Positions 1 through 12,505 of a DNA stretch of 64,000 nt are shown piece after piece. Both the position numbers and the translations under genes were made by a program. Position 1 is the stretch's first letter; every line of letters starts with the position of its first letter. Source of the DNA: Tricharina praecox (taxonomy: Eukaryota). The notes under the pieces were generated by a model, which searched no databases, was not told the origin of the DNA, and was given only the letters and a program-made list of their open reading frames with translations. The stretch lies in the NCBI RefSeq assembly GCF_024521635.1, contig NW_026250445.1, positions 1 through 64,000 of the forward strand. The letters are read 5' to 3'.

Positions 1-1636
1 ACATGGGTGCTTCCATCGATAGCACAGACAGCGATGGAAACACTGCCCTACACTATGCGGTGATGGGCGGACACAAGAGCATCATCACTTTCCTCATCGA
101 CAAGATCAGCACCCCCGCCCTCTTGAGCAAGCGAAACAACGTTGGGAATACTGCACTCCACACTGCTTGCGTCAAAGGAGACGCTGATTCTGCGGAGTTA
201 CTACTCAAGGGCGGGGCTCAAGCAAATATCTGCGACGAAAGTGGGAGGACACCTCTCTTCACAATGCTCGCTGAAGGCTACGAAAACCCCTCCACCTCGG
301 AAGTTGTGAAGCTATTATTGAAATTCGGAGCCGAAATTTCCTACACGGACGAACACGGTTGGACCATTGAACTTCTCGCACAAACACGAGAAGAGATTCG
401 CACGCTTCTCCGGAGCCGCTCTAGTATCAGTCACATAGCGCACGCCGCCACCTCATCAACGACCGCTACTATCCCACCGAAAGCTTGGAGTACCAAGCAC
501 AAAAATCCAGAAATCCGAGTGGAAAATGACGGCCTCGACTCTATCCTCCCCGCCCCGCTTTCTTCACGTAACCAATGCATTCTCGGCCGAGCCGATCATC
601 CATTTCCGCCTCCACCTTCGCGTCCTTCCGAGGACGGCACCCCCTGGGGAGGAACTGAATCTTTCAATGCTTCGGCGTATTTCGAAATCAAAGTGATTTA
701 TATCAGTGATGATTCGTAGGTAGCGCCTTACACAATGCTGAACGGCAAGCGAGGCTGACTGGAAACTGCTCAGGATCATTGGTATAGGTCTCTGCCGCGG
801 GGGAATACCTAGCTTTGATCTGATGCCTGGCTGGTTCAACGGCTCGTGGGGATACCACGGAGACGACGGGAAAAAGTTTGCTGGGACCGCAAGCTTTGGG
901 GACGACTATAGCCAGACATACGGAGTTGGGGATACCGTCGGTTGTGGTGTGGACGAAGGGGGGAGTCTATTCTATACCAAAAATGGAGAACATCTAGGTA
1001 AGATCGCCGGCACCTAGAACATCCCAACGCTCCAATTTCGCTTACACTGAGCGTGAGAATCAAGGTATTGCGCATAGTGAAATTTTCGGTCAGCTGTTTC
1101 CGATCATCGGGATGTCGGCTCGGGGGTGCCACATCACGGCAAACTTCGGAGCAAAGCCGTTCCGATATACACCAGCCGCTGTTGACGGGAAGAAGTTCAA
1201 AACGGCAGCGGACAAAGCATTGAAACATGGAACCGTTGCAGCCGATGAGATTTCGCGCATTGCACAGTGGATCGGGGGAATCGCCGTCGACTCTGCGCCT
1301 GACTCTCCGATGGACACACCTGAGGATATTGCCGACGTGCCTGAGTCTCCGATGGACATACATGAGGATATTATCGACTCTACCGTTCATGAACTACCCG
1401 AATATGATAGTGCGGAAGATTCCGAAGGGTCTCCACAGGCCCGAGGGGCCGGAGAAGACGAACCCGCGAAGGAGGCGAGGCTACCTGCAGAGGCGAAAGC
1501 GGGGTTTGATAATGGGTTGAAGGTAGACTCCGAGCGCCCTCCAGCATCAGCTTCCGGCAGTGGATCGGCTTCCACTCCCGGCTCGGAAATCCCAGATTTG
1601 CCCCAGGATCCGGATATTGATCCAAAAAGCGGTTGA
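1..1636 (+). CDS. Ankyrin repeat + SPRY domain protein, 5'-partial; paralog of 18152-25593
   Basis: Exons <1-715, 774-997, 1065-1636 (introns GTAGGT..CAG 716-773 and GTAAGA..AAG 998-1064). Ankyrin motifs GNTALHYAV, GNTALHTAC, GRTPLF. SPRY motifs YFEIKV..IGIGLC..MPGW..SWGYHGDDG..YGVGDTVGCGV..FYTKNG..LFPIIG..ANFG. Acidic tail. Confidence 0.9.
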
Positions 1637-4600
1637 GATTTCGTTTCTTAATTTCCTTGATACTTCGGGGTTTTATTTGGAGGTTTATGGTTTTCTTGCT
1701 GCGAGCGTTTCCTTAATCTTTAAGTTTCACTTGCTCAGTGATGTGCGGGACTGCCGGACTCAAAGAAAGTGTGATGTGAAAAGAGTTGCCTCTAATTACT
1801 GCTCAGAATCTTCCTTAGATATGTAGCTCTCCGTGACATAACACCAAATTATGCTGCCCGAAACAGACTACATACCGGTAATCCGAGGGTCGGCTCCCGC
1901 GGCCAGCCACACACCCTATCACTCGCCTTCACATGCGCTTCTTCCGTTTATCACGTGACCTTCGCGTCCCTTTCATCCTTCCTGAGATAGCTCTCCCTTG
2001 TTCCGTGAATCCCGCATGTTTGACTGGGGCCTGGATTTCCTTGCTTCTGCTTGCGGCGGATGTTTTCAATAGCATCTCCTATTAGCCACATCTCCCATCC
2101 AGACCGGTAATAGGAATCTCAGGGAGTATATATATGCAGGTACGGCATTCCAAGTATCTCGCGCGGCCCGGATTCCATGCTGACAGTGCGATCTCGGGGC
2201 CGGCGCCTAACCCCCACCGTAAACATCGCGATCTATCCCGCCACAGCCCGGTACTGCCGATGTCTCGTGATGCTGCATCTACCCGCAGGCCGCAGTTCGA
2301 CTCGGCCTGAGATCACGGCGATAACCGGCATTGTGAGATCTCGGTGGTGCGGATACCTGTTATCCATACCTATCCCAGAGTATCCGATTACCGCACGGCA
2401 ACGAAACCGGTGCCGCGGCGGGGCGGGCGCAGAGGTAGCCATGTCCGTGTATCACTGTATCACTCGCACCCATCGATCCCGGTCGGTCACCGGTAGATAC
2501 GACTATGTATGTAGGTATGTGATACCGGTACTGCCGTCTGCCTTGCACCGCAGCCGGAGTTCGGCTTATGTGAACTTTACATAGGCAAGTATTTATAGCC
2601 TTGCCACCATGATGATCTGATTACCGCATCGTTTCCGGTCGGGATATCAATGTCGACATCATGTCGTGTACCTATTTTCTCAGGTAAATACATACGATTG
2701 ATGTTGCACAGGTTTCAAGTTTCAAGTTTCAACTGTAAATAACCAGCGGTGGACATCCCAGACGCGGTAGGTACTGCCTCGCCGGGTGTGGTCCGAGCGG
2801 TTGCTGACTTGCGCGGTTTTTGTCGCTTCCGCCTAGAGCCGGGGAATTGCGTTCGTCGGCGTGTCGGAGTGGTGATGGTTTTCACCCAGGGGTTGTAACT
2901 TATAGTAGAGCTTTACGGAATGTGCAATGGAGTAGTTGAGGTGGTTTGATTGTTTGTTTGTTTGGTCCCACTGGCATTCTTGGGGAACTGGGGCACGATC
3001 GTGTTCTGTATCCGTTGAAGATCTCGCAGATTGTCTGCGTAATTGCAAATTCAATTACTGGCATGCAGAGGTGCAACCATAGAGAACCTTGGTGTCTCGC
3101 TTGCTTCGGCATAGGTACTCACACTCGGCTTACCTATCTGGATTGTAGAGACAACGACGCAGCGACGCAGCGACGCAATAGTCTGCAGCAAGTCACAGGA
3201 TATCACTTCCGAGTGATTGCTCATGCTTTGAACCGCCTTGAACCTTTGGATGAGGAGTCGCCAGGCAGACGCCGCCAGTGACTGCATCGAACCGTCTCTT
3301 AGGCTTCAGCTCAAGGATATGCTGTAGCCTGCGGACGGGATGGGGGATGCGCATAGTACTGCCATGGTCCAGCTAGGCCCAACCGCATGATCAAATAAAC
3401 AAGCAAACGCTTGGACGGACAGGTAGGATTTCATTGCACATAAAACTCGATATTGTGGTCCAATAGAGTACTATATACGAGTTCAATCAACTAAATACTA
3501 GATAGTACATAGCCCGAGGGCCATCGTGCTGCATGCTCAGACGGCGTCGTGGATTAACAGTCGCACGCGGCACGCCGGTGTCCACTGTGCAGACTCCAAC
3601 CCCACAGTGCCCGCTCATGAGTCATGAATCTGACATGCTTACATACCTATGGCCAGTCAGTATACTATTGTAAGCACCATATTCCCGCCATCAGGATTCT
3701 TTAAAACCGTCCACTACCTACATACCTTGGTATTACACAGTAAGTGTATCCAGCCCCACACCATGATATCTGACCGAGTCCACCCGCCCGACCTACCCGC
3801 CTCGCCTACCCGGATCTCTCGAGCGGATCCTACCCTCGGACGCCTCGAGTTCGGAGTTCGGCCATGCTCAGATTCTCGGCATTCTACCGGTCTCGAGCAC
3901 ACGAACACGAATACGAACGCGGCGCCGTATGTACAGGTATTGCCTGCTGATATGTAATTGATTACGTCGCCGGCAATGCGTGCTTCCCTGCAAGGCTGCA
4001 CCGGAGGTAATTAAGCCCATCGAGCATAGGAGACAAACGTCAATACCGCCTGCGCTCCTACATATCTATGAATTTTTTCCCCCTTCTTCTTTCTGTTTTC
4101 CGCAACGACGACGCGCGCGGGTTTGCGGGGATAGACCGAGCAGGGACGCGAAAGCAACAAGGACACAATTTCAGCCTTCAGGTCAGCCCGTCAATAGATA
4201 GTCTTTTAGATATGGATGTTTCAAGGAGAGGATGGGCACTCGGCAGAGAATCTACCTAGATGAATACCTAGGTAGTTAGAGTAGGTAGACGACAGCAATC
4301 AAAAGCCCACAATCTATGCAGGCACATACCTATCTATCCAGGTAATAGAGTGGGTATAGAGTAGGTATAGAGTAGGTACACATACGATCCGCGACCGCAG
4401 CAGGCCCTAGGGAAACGAATAATGCAATTTACGGTTTTGGTATTTATTGGTATTAGTATTCCAGCGATGGATGGAGTCGTCGAGGCGACGAGGAGGCGTC
4501 GCTTCGGTTTCCCTGTATTGAGCCACACACATATATATAAACATTCACACACGTCAAACTCGGACGCGGACGAGGATTGGGGGTGCGGGTGCGTAACTAC

Positions 4601-5819
4601 TATATCTACATGGTAGATAGATGGTTACTCGGCGAGGATCAATCATGACCGGTGAGCCAGAGTGGGTGCCTATAGAGTAGAGTGGTAGCAAGCAAGCAAC
4701 AAACCCCTCCCCCCCCCCCCATCAACCTCGAGATTTCCTCTGTCCCGAGTGATGCGGTGGGTCGCAGGTCATGTCACGACTGATATATCACGATCAGATC
4801 AGCTGGCATGGCATGTCATTATCAGATGGCATGACATGACACCGCCGCCGCCGTCGTCGAGTTGTCGAGTTGTCGTCGCCGTGGTCCCGAAAAACCATGC
4901 CATGCCATGCCATGTCGCACGCACGCCGCATGCCGCCGCCGAGAGTCCGAGACTATGCAGATATCTATGTAGGTAGGTACCAAGGTGCAGCGCGGTGAAC
5001 TGAACAGACGAGCAAGGAAACAAGGATAAGGGTTCCTCCGGCGGCGACGACGACGCTCGGAGCACCTGCGACCTAGGTGGTAGGTGGGTAGGTAGGTGGG
5101 TAGTTGAATCTCAGCTTTCGGCGTCACCCCTCCCTCGGGCCTCCCTTCCTCCCCTTCCTTCGCGTACATCCCGATAATCCACTCGGGGACATACATATCT
5201 AGAAAGCTTCGCTCGTGGAGATCAATCATCAATCAATCGGTTCGCTGGACTGGGCTCAGTGGGCTGGGCTCAGGGCTGGGCTTGATATGTACCAGATGGC
5301 CGGCCTGATCTACACACGGCTATCTATACGTATACTTGGATAGTTGACTAGATATGTATGTACCCGACTCCCGAGTAAGCTTTTCGGTTTCCACGGTTCA
5401 GCGAACCTCCGGCTTTAGCTAGGTATAGCTATAGCTACAGCTGATGCACGACATATACCCATGGAGTACCTAAGTACATTTCAACTCTCGAGATCTCAAG
5501 CTCACGGCACTGGTGTCGTCCTGGTGGCCACTGGCTGAGATGCGATTGGGAATCTACATACCTACTCCAGGTGTCTCCACTTTGATTGAATATCTGCTGA
5601 GGCTGAGGATGGCCTCCCGACTCCCGAGTCCTAAAGCTGTGGATACTACTAACTACTGCTCTAGCATATGGTAGGTATACCTAGCACCCAGACTACTGCA
5701 GCCGTCGAGCTCGAGCTCACCTCCTTCATCTCCACAAGGCCAGCTCCACAGGCCCAGTTCCCAGTTCCACAGGGCCAGTTCCCAGTTCCAACTTCCCATC
5801 CCCCCTTTCAAGTTTCCCC

Positions 5820-5852
5820 ACCATCACCACCACCACCACCACCACCACCACC
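5820..5852. repeat. (CAC)n microsatellite
   Basis: Run of cac/cca triplets read directly from the sequence. Confidence 0.8.
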
Positions 5853-7504
5853 AGCCCGCTTTCATCCCGCTCGTCTCGTCTCGCACTCGTCTCGTCTCCC
5901 CTCTCGCTTCCGCTGTTTCCGGAATTATACTCCACGCGGCCAAAATATACACTATTATTTATACCAGGTACACCACCTGGCACCCGCTCTACTGGGCGGA
6001 GGTTAGGGTTCGGAATGGAAAGTAGAGTAGATGCATATCATAGCGCGGCAGGCAGGCAGGACAGGCTGGACTGTGGACGCAGAGGTGCGTGCTGGGCGAG
6101 GTTTTGGTTGGTTGGTTGGTTGGCTGGTTGGTTGGTTCATTAGCGCCCGGTGGGGCGGAAACTGGAAGTTGAACTGTGAACCGTCTCGACTCGCGAGGGG
6201 CTGCCGGGTCGTCGCCGGGTCGGTCGGTAAAGAAAAATACGCAAAACCTACCCATCTCTACGAGATGTGTAGATCCTCCTCATCACCATAATCATTGTCG
6301 TCACCAACACCGTCGTCGTCAGCTTACCTACTCTACTCTACTCTCCTCTTACCGCCGCGGGCCGGCCGCGAAAAAGTTTCTCCTGCTTCCTGTGCCGGCG
6401 CGCATGCGGCATGCGGTTTCATGGGATCCATCATATCTAACGGCGCAAGAGTTGGAGGTGCATGCAGCATGCAATGCAGATGGTGGGGCAGAAAGGAAGG
6501 AAAAAATAGGAAAAAAGGAAAAAAGGGAAGAAGGAAGGAAAGAAAGAACATGAGGAATATTCGGTAGATGCCTGATGGATACATGTACGGTATCTAATCG
6601 CGATGCGATCCACTCCCGCCGTGCTGGGAACTGGTTGCTGGTTGCTGGTTGCTTACTGCCGGTAGAGTTATACAGATGTATGTAGAGTACCTGCGACCGC
6701 CACAGAGCTTAGTTTCATTGTTCCACTGTTCCAGAGTCCTGTCGTGGGCCCTGTCGTGGGCGGCGACGCAGGCCAACTGCCGACAGCTCCACAGTGACCG
6801 ACGGTGACCACCGACAGCCCCAGCCCTCCACAGAAAATGTATAATCGTATCGTATCGTCAACGCACTTACCAGCCGGGCTCGCTCGCGGCTTCAAGGCGT
6901 CAAAGTCCATCCTTTCACTTTTTCACCCATTCACAATCGCTCACGTGCGCCGTGGGCGCCCTCAAGCGGTCAAGCGGTGAAGCGGTGAAGCGGTGAAGCG
7001 GTGAAAGCCAAAGTCGAGGTCCGTGGTACCTTAACCAACCAACCATCACTACGGCGGCGGCACCGTCCGATGCACTATCACTCGCTTCCGCTTAACTCCC
7101 TATGCAGAGTACCAGATGCCGCTTCTCCGCGCTGATGTTTTGGCGGGACGGGCGAGACTTACGTAACCAACCACGGGCACGACCGCGCATGCAGGCTCAG
7201 CTGGCAGCTGTCGTGACTCGTCGATACGACGCTTCCATGTACGATATGGAGTCATGGACTGCGCTGGCATTCGGTTTCCGAGCACGGGAGATATGTAGGG
7301 CTGTGACAGTTATTTGATTCCACAAGGCTGTAACCAACTGGTACGGAATACCGGTAACCACGAGTCACTAACTAGCAGAGCCAAGAAAGATGTACTTGGG
7401 TATGTAAGAAATTATGTATGCGGCGTCTTTTCCGTCGCTGAGCGTCGTGGCGGCGGGCGGAAAAAGTCGATATCTCTCTTTCTCTTTCTCTCGCACGCAT
7501 CGCC

Positions 7505-7534
7505 GAAGAAGAAGAAGAAGAAGAAGAAGAAGAA
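7505..7534. repeat. (GAA)n microsatellite
   Basis: About 10 tandem gaa units. Confidence 0.9.
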
Positions 7535-9288
7535 AAAGGGGTGGGGGGAACAAGCGGGGATTCCCGAAGTGGGCAAACGTGGCCATGGCATTCGGGTGTG
7601 CGCGTTCCCTTCGTTCCTGCATGGAAGGGAAGGGACACACCAGAGAATTCGGTACCTGCGTGGAGATTGATGCAGTCCGTGCCTTACGCCGGGGGAGAGG
7701 ATATCTCGTACCGGTAGAAGAGAATGTACTATGGAGTACCTAGAAGAGAGTAGATTCCGTCACTCTAGAGAGAGTGAGGACGTCGCAGTGCGTGGTCCAT
7801 CTTCCTTGTGTAAATACCAGGCCGAGTAGTAGTGGGTGGCGCATGTCCGACCGAACGAAATGAAGAGATTGATGGAGTGAGAGGTACGATACTATCGAGA
7901 GTATACTACTATGATGGTATAGGTACACACCCTCGCATAATAGGGTCAATCGAGAAGTTGGAGGGCAGCAGCGCGTACGGTAACCACGGCAGGGCACTGG
8001 GTCGAGTATGCGTGGCCTATGGAGCCGCGTGTGTACGTATCGCAGCCACTGTGCCCCGACACTGCGGTGGACTCACACCGGTCGGTAAGTACGGTAGGGT
8101 AGGTATATGGATACCTGGATTGAGTGACAGCCTCCGAGTGAGTGCATAGCTGGCAGCTGGTGATACCGCTGGGGTTCCGGCAAGCAAGCAGCAATCCTTC
8201 ACGTCGTAGGGAAACGGCAGCCGCAGTCATCGTGGCGAACGGGCGTGTCGATGTCCCATGGGCCATCCATCCACCCAGGACCGGGCGTAGTAAATATGAA
8301 ACGTTGGCGTGCTCGTACTTGCCTGCTTGCTTGCCTGCTGTAGCCGACCCCTGTGCCGACCGATTCTCCTCTCAGCACGCTGGGTTGGCTGCTTGGTTAG
8401 CCCGGGGCTTCTTGCCCCTTGTTGCTGCAACTCGCCCCCGGTCCCTCCCCGGCCCCTCCCTCCCTTGCCCGCACAAATTTGCACAACCGCACGCTTGTCG
8501 CAACAGGTTTCCAAACTCTGCGTCTCCGCAACTCCTGCTTCTCGCTCTTCTCTGTCTCTGTAGAGTACAGAACGCTGGGCCCGAGCAGAGGATCGCGACT
8601 TGCTAGAGGCGAGGAGAGTCGGTAGAGAAGAGTGGAGTAGGGTGGCTAACCAGCACTGCCACAAGTAGCGCTAGACTGGAGGAGAAGCGGCAATCGAGAC
8701 TCTGGCGTGTGTACCAGAGGAGAGAAGGTATCCAGCCGAGCACGGAAGACCTGCTAGCAGAATTGGGTATCAGCAAGTAGACATGTATCCAGAGTACACA
8801 CACAGCAAGCACACACACAGCACACGCACACCGCATGGAGTAGGTTGAATCGCGAAGGGGAGGGGCAAGGGAGGGGCAAGGGAGGGGCAAGGGGAGGAGG
8901 AGGGAGGTGCGAGGTGGGAGGGAGAGGGGGGTGAGCTAACCAGCCGGCTAGCAACTAGAGTAATCACAATTATTGGTGGGAAGGGGTCCGCTCGTCGCAG
9001 ACCCCCCCAGGTGTGGTGAATGGGGCCAAGGACGGGAATACTTTAGAGAGCCTTCCCCCCGACCCCGAGCCCAACTTTTCTCTTCCTTCCTCACCCTCAC
9101 ACACAGAAAGCCTTTGGAATTTCGCTCTTTCAATATTCCTTCCTTGAGCTTTTAGAAGTCGCCCACTCTCGTTTTCGCCGTCGTCGCCGCTACTTATTTA
9201 ACCCCCGACAACACTCCCAACCACAACAACAACACTCAACAATCAACCTTCACTCTCTACGCACACACACCGTTAAATAATATTCACG

Positions 9289-10451
9289 ATGCAGCTCCTC
9301 ACTCTCTCCACCCTCATGGGCCTCTTGGTCAGCTCTGTCGCCGCCCACTCCTGGTTGGAGTGTGTCGACACCGTAGTCAAGAACAAGGACTACGCTAAGT
9401 CCCACCCTAGCGACACACTGTAAGCAGAAGCTTCCCCCCAACCTTCTCGGAAACGAGAAGTTTACGAAGGAGAGACATCCCGCTGACACTTTCCTCTTAG
9501 CGTGCAAACCTGCAACGGATACCCTCGCAACAAGGTCCACAACGGTGACTGGATCTCGGAGTCGTCCTACTACTCTTACAACTTCAACACCGAATACGCT
9601 TGCCGCGATGGACAGCGGACTGCGGGCCAGGCGGCCGGCGCGCCCATGGCGACCGCGTCTCCCGGCGACACTCTGTTGATGCGCTTCTGGGGCAACGGTC
9701 ACTCCCGGTGGGACATTGGCTCGCCCAACCACCGCGACCCCGGTCTCGTCCGCATCTTCTGGGCCGGAAAGCCCGAGACTGAGATCGTGCACGCTACCGA
9801 TCTGACCGAGGAGTACTGGATCCCCGGTGCTCAGGGTAACTTCTCGGGCGACGCCGTCACCGAGATCAACGGTAACACCATGAACGAGAAGGCCAACTAC
9901 TTCTCGTTCGTCCTGCCCGAGAAGATCCAGAACGGTCGCCACATGATGGTCTGGTCGTGGGCGTGGAAGGAGTCGCTCGTCGACGGTGAGAAGGGTGACG
10001 CCAACGTGTACGACTCCAGCTGGGACAACGCGTGGGGTACTTGCTTCGACATCCAGATCGAGAACTCTACCTTCACTGGTAAGCTCCGCAATCCGCCCTC
10101 GTTCCTCCGCGAGTCATTACTAACATACTTCCAGACGAGGTGAACACCGACATCCTGTGCAACAAGGCCGGCTACGACAAGGAGGCCGCCACCAAGAAGA
10201 CTGCCACCGAGATCTGCTCCAAGACTTGCTACAAGGGCGGCATGGCCACCGACGCGATGAAGTGCACTGGAACAGACTGCCCCCCCTGCTGGTACATGAA
10301 CGCCGACCAGGTCAACTGCTTCGACTACGACACCACCGGCAAGTGCCCGTTCTCCGGTGCGTTCGACTGCAAGAAGGGAGCCGCCGCCACTACCAAGCGC
10401 GACGTGCTCACCCAGCACCGCAAGCACCGCCGCCACAACCACAAGAACTAA
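9289..10451 (+). CDS. Secreted LPMO-like (His-brace candidate) protein with Cys-rich C-terminal module, 341 aa
   Basis: Exons 9289-9419, 9501-10078, 10135-10451 (1026 nt, in frame; both introns GTAAGC..YAG). Signal peptide MQLLTLSTLMGLLVSSVAA followed directly by His (HSWLEC). Motifs GYPR, WGNGH, FVLPE..GRHMMVWSW, WGTCFDIQI. Strong C-ending codon bias. The gene is solid; the LPMO-like call is inference. Confidence 0.85.
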
Positions 10452-12505
10452 GCGTTCTGTGTTGTGTCATGAGTAGTCTGCTGTTTGTGTCTTGTTGTGT
10501 ACTGTCTTGCTAGGAATTGTTTGATTGTGATTTGTTGGGGATCTCGGAAAATATGTCTTTTTTTCGCTTCACATGTGTATTTTGGTCCGAATTGGAAATG
10601 CTTTGGTTTTGTTGCTTCTTCACGGCGCTCTGATTCCCTTGTTTTTGCGCGCTGTGAATGTATTTGACGGGACGGAACGGCTTTCCATGCTTTTTTTTCT
10701 TTTTCCTTTTTCTTTTTTTCTCTGCTTCGACGTTCATATATACAGATATTTATAGTGTGTGGTGGTGGTCACTGGTTACTAGGTCAGGTCAGATAGAGAG
10801 GAGGGAATGCGGATTCGAGCGGTCGTTGGCAGTTGTAAATGGTTTCGTTCTCGTCATGTTCGCTGTGAATCTGGTGATGTGTGTGATTGTGTTGTGTGCA
10901 TGAACTGAGCTGTTGAGCTTGACAGACAGAGAAAAGTGGCATGCTCGCAAACGGCCACGACTCCGTTGCCGAGACTCCGAGACACAGAGAGACCAAGGCT
11001 ATGCCTCGCGAGTCGCACGTCGTTGATAGCAACAAAGCACCATCTTCCGTCGAACCGTCGAACCTTCTCTCCGTCGAACCGACCATCTGTCCAGCTGTCT
11101 GATAGCCACGCTCCTCACTGCTCGCGAGTCGCGGCAGCCAGGCGGCCAGCCAGCCAGTCAATCAATCCACCCACGCCCCTCCCCCTCCCTCCCTCCACTC
11201 CCAGAAACCTCATTGAGCAGAACAGAGCTGAGCTGAACTGCACGCCACGAAAAGAAAGAAAAAACCGTTACAATCACACCACGCCGACCCTCGCAATCGC
11301 AACCGAAATTTGCAGCGAGCGCCACTCGCCGTCTCGCAGATTCTCGCAGATTCGCGAGCGAGGAAGTAAGTAGGTAGGGAATACTCTGCGCGCGCTGACA
11401 GCGTGACGCATGACCTGACGACGACGACGACGACGTTGTGGAGGGGTGTGCAGTCGAGTCGAATCGGCGTGTTGAGTGGAAGCCCCTTTTTTCTTCTTTC
11501 TTTCTTTCCTTTCTTGCGGTTCCTGTTCCTCTGCCTGTTGTGGTTCTTGGGCCTGTTCCTGTTCCTGTGCCTGGGCTGGTTCCTGAAGTCGACAAGGGGC
11601 TGTGCTGCTGGGTGTGGTGGCGGGTGGCAGGGATGGTTGACCAATCTCCGAGTGTCGTCGCTCGATGGCAGGGTGCAGTGCTCTAGAGTGGGAGACTGGG
11701 AGTTTGTGTGGGAGAGGAACGGAGGGGAGGTCGGAGGGGAGGTCGGAGGTGGGAGGTCGGAGGGGAGGTGTCTGTGCCCTACTCCACATACTTCACCTAC
11801 CATGCATGAGTGAATGAGTGAATGAGCGAATGAGTGAGTGGGTGAGCTCGACGACCGTTGGTGCGCGAATCGCGAGTCGCGCGACTGTTGGCGATCAATA
11901 AACAGATCTCGTGAGTCGTGAGTCGCGAGCGGCGACGAGTTGCGACAGCTTGCGAAACCGCACTCGGTACTGCCGAATCTCGTCTGGCTACATACCAGTA
12001 GAATTGGTAACCAAGGGAATATCGCGATTCGCGACACCGACAGAAAAGCTGGAACTTGCAACGTGGAACTTGGAACTCGAAGCAGGCAATCACCACTCGC
12101 GACTCGCGAGATCGTTGAATGTTGAATGTTGAAACAGCCCGGAGATTTGCGACATCGCCAATTCCAAATAGATGATGGATGGATGATGGATAGATGATAG
12201 CTGATATCGCTACCGTCGTCGAGCTGCCTCAATCGTGGGGAAGTGCCAGTACTTAGGCAGTAAGCGCCCTGGCGAAATACAGGCGGCGCGGCGGAATAGG
12301 CACCTGTCGCGAGTATCTATCACCCCCAGAAGAGGCATCACTCAACGCTCTATAGGTACCGGTAGTATAGATAATAGTACCTCGCCCCTCCCATTTCCCC
12401 CGCCGAACCAACCTCTCGCTCACACGCGAGTTGCCCGTGATCGCTCGTGAGTCGTGATCGTTCGTGATCGCTCGAGGGAGAACTTCCGGCGTCCGCTCCC
12501 CTCGC

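Noticed and set aside
11158..12232. Overlapping minus-strand ORFs (340 aa, 171 aa, QEQEQ-rich)
   Set aside because: Built from simple repeats, with non-ATG or weak starts and no domain or consistent splice model. A non-coding transcript is possible.
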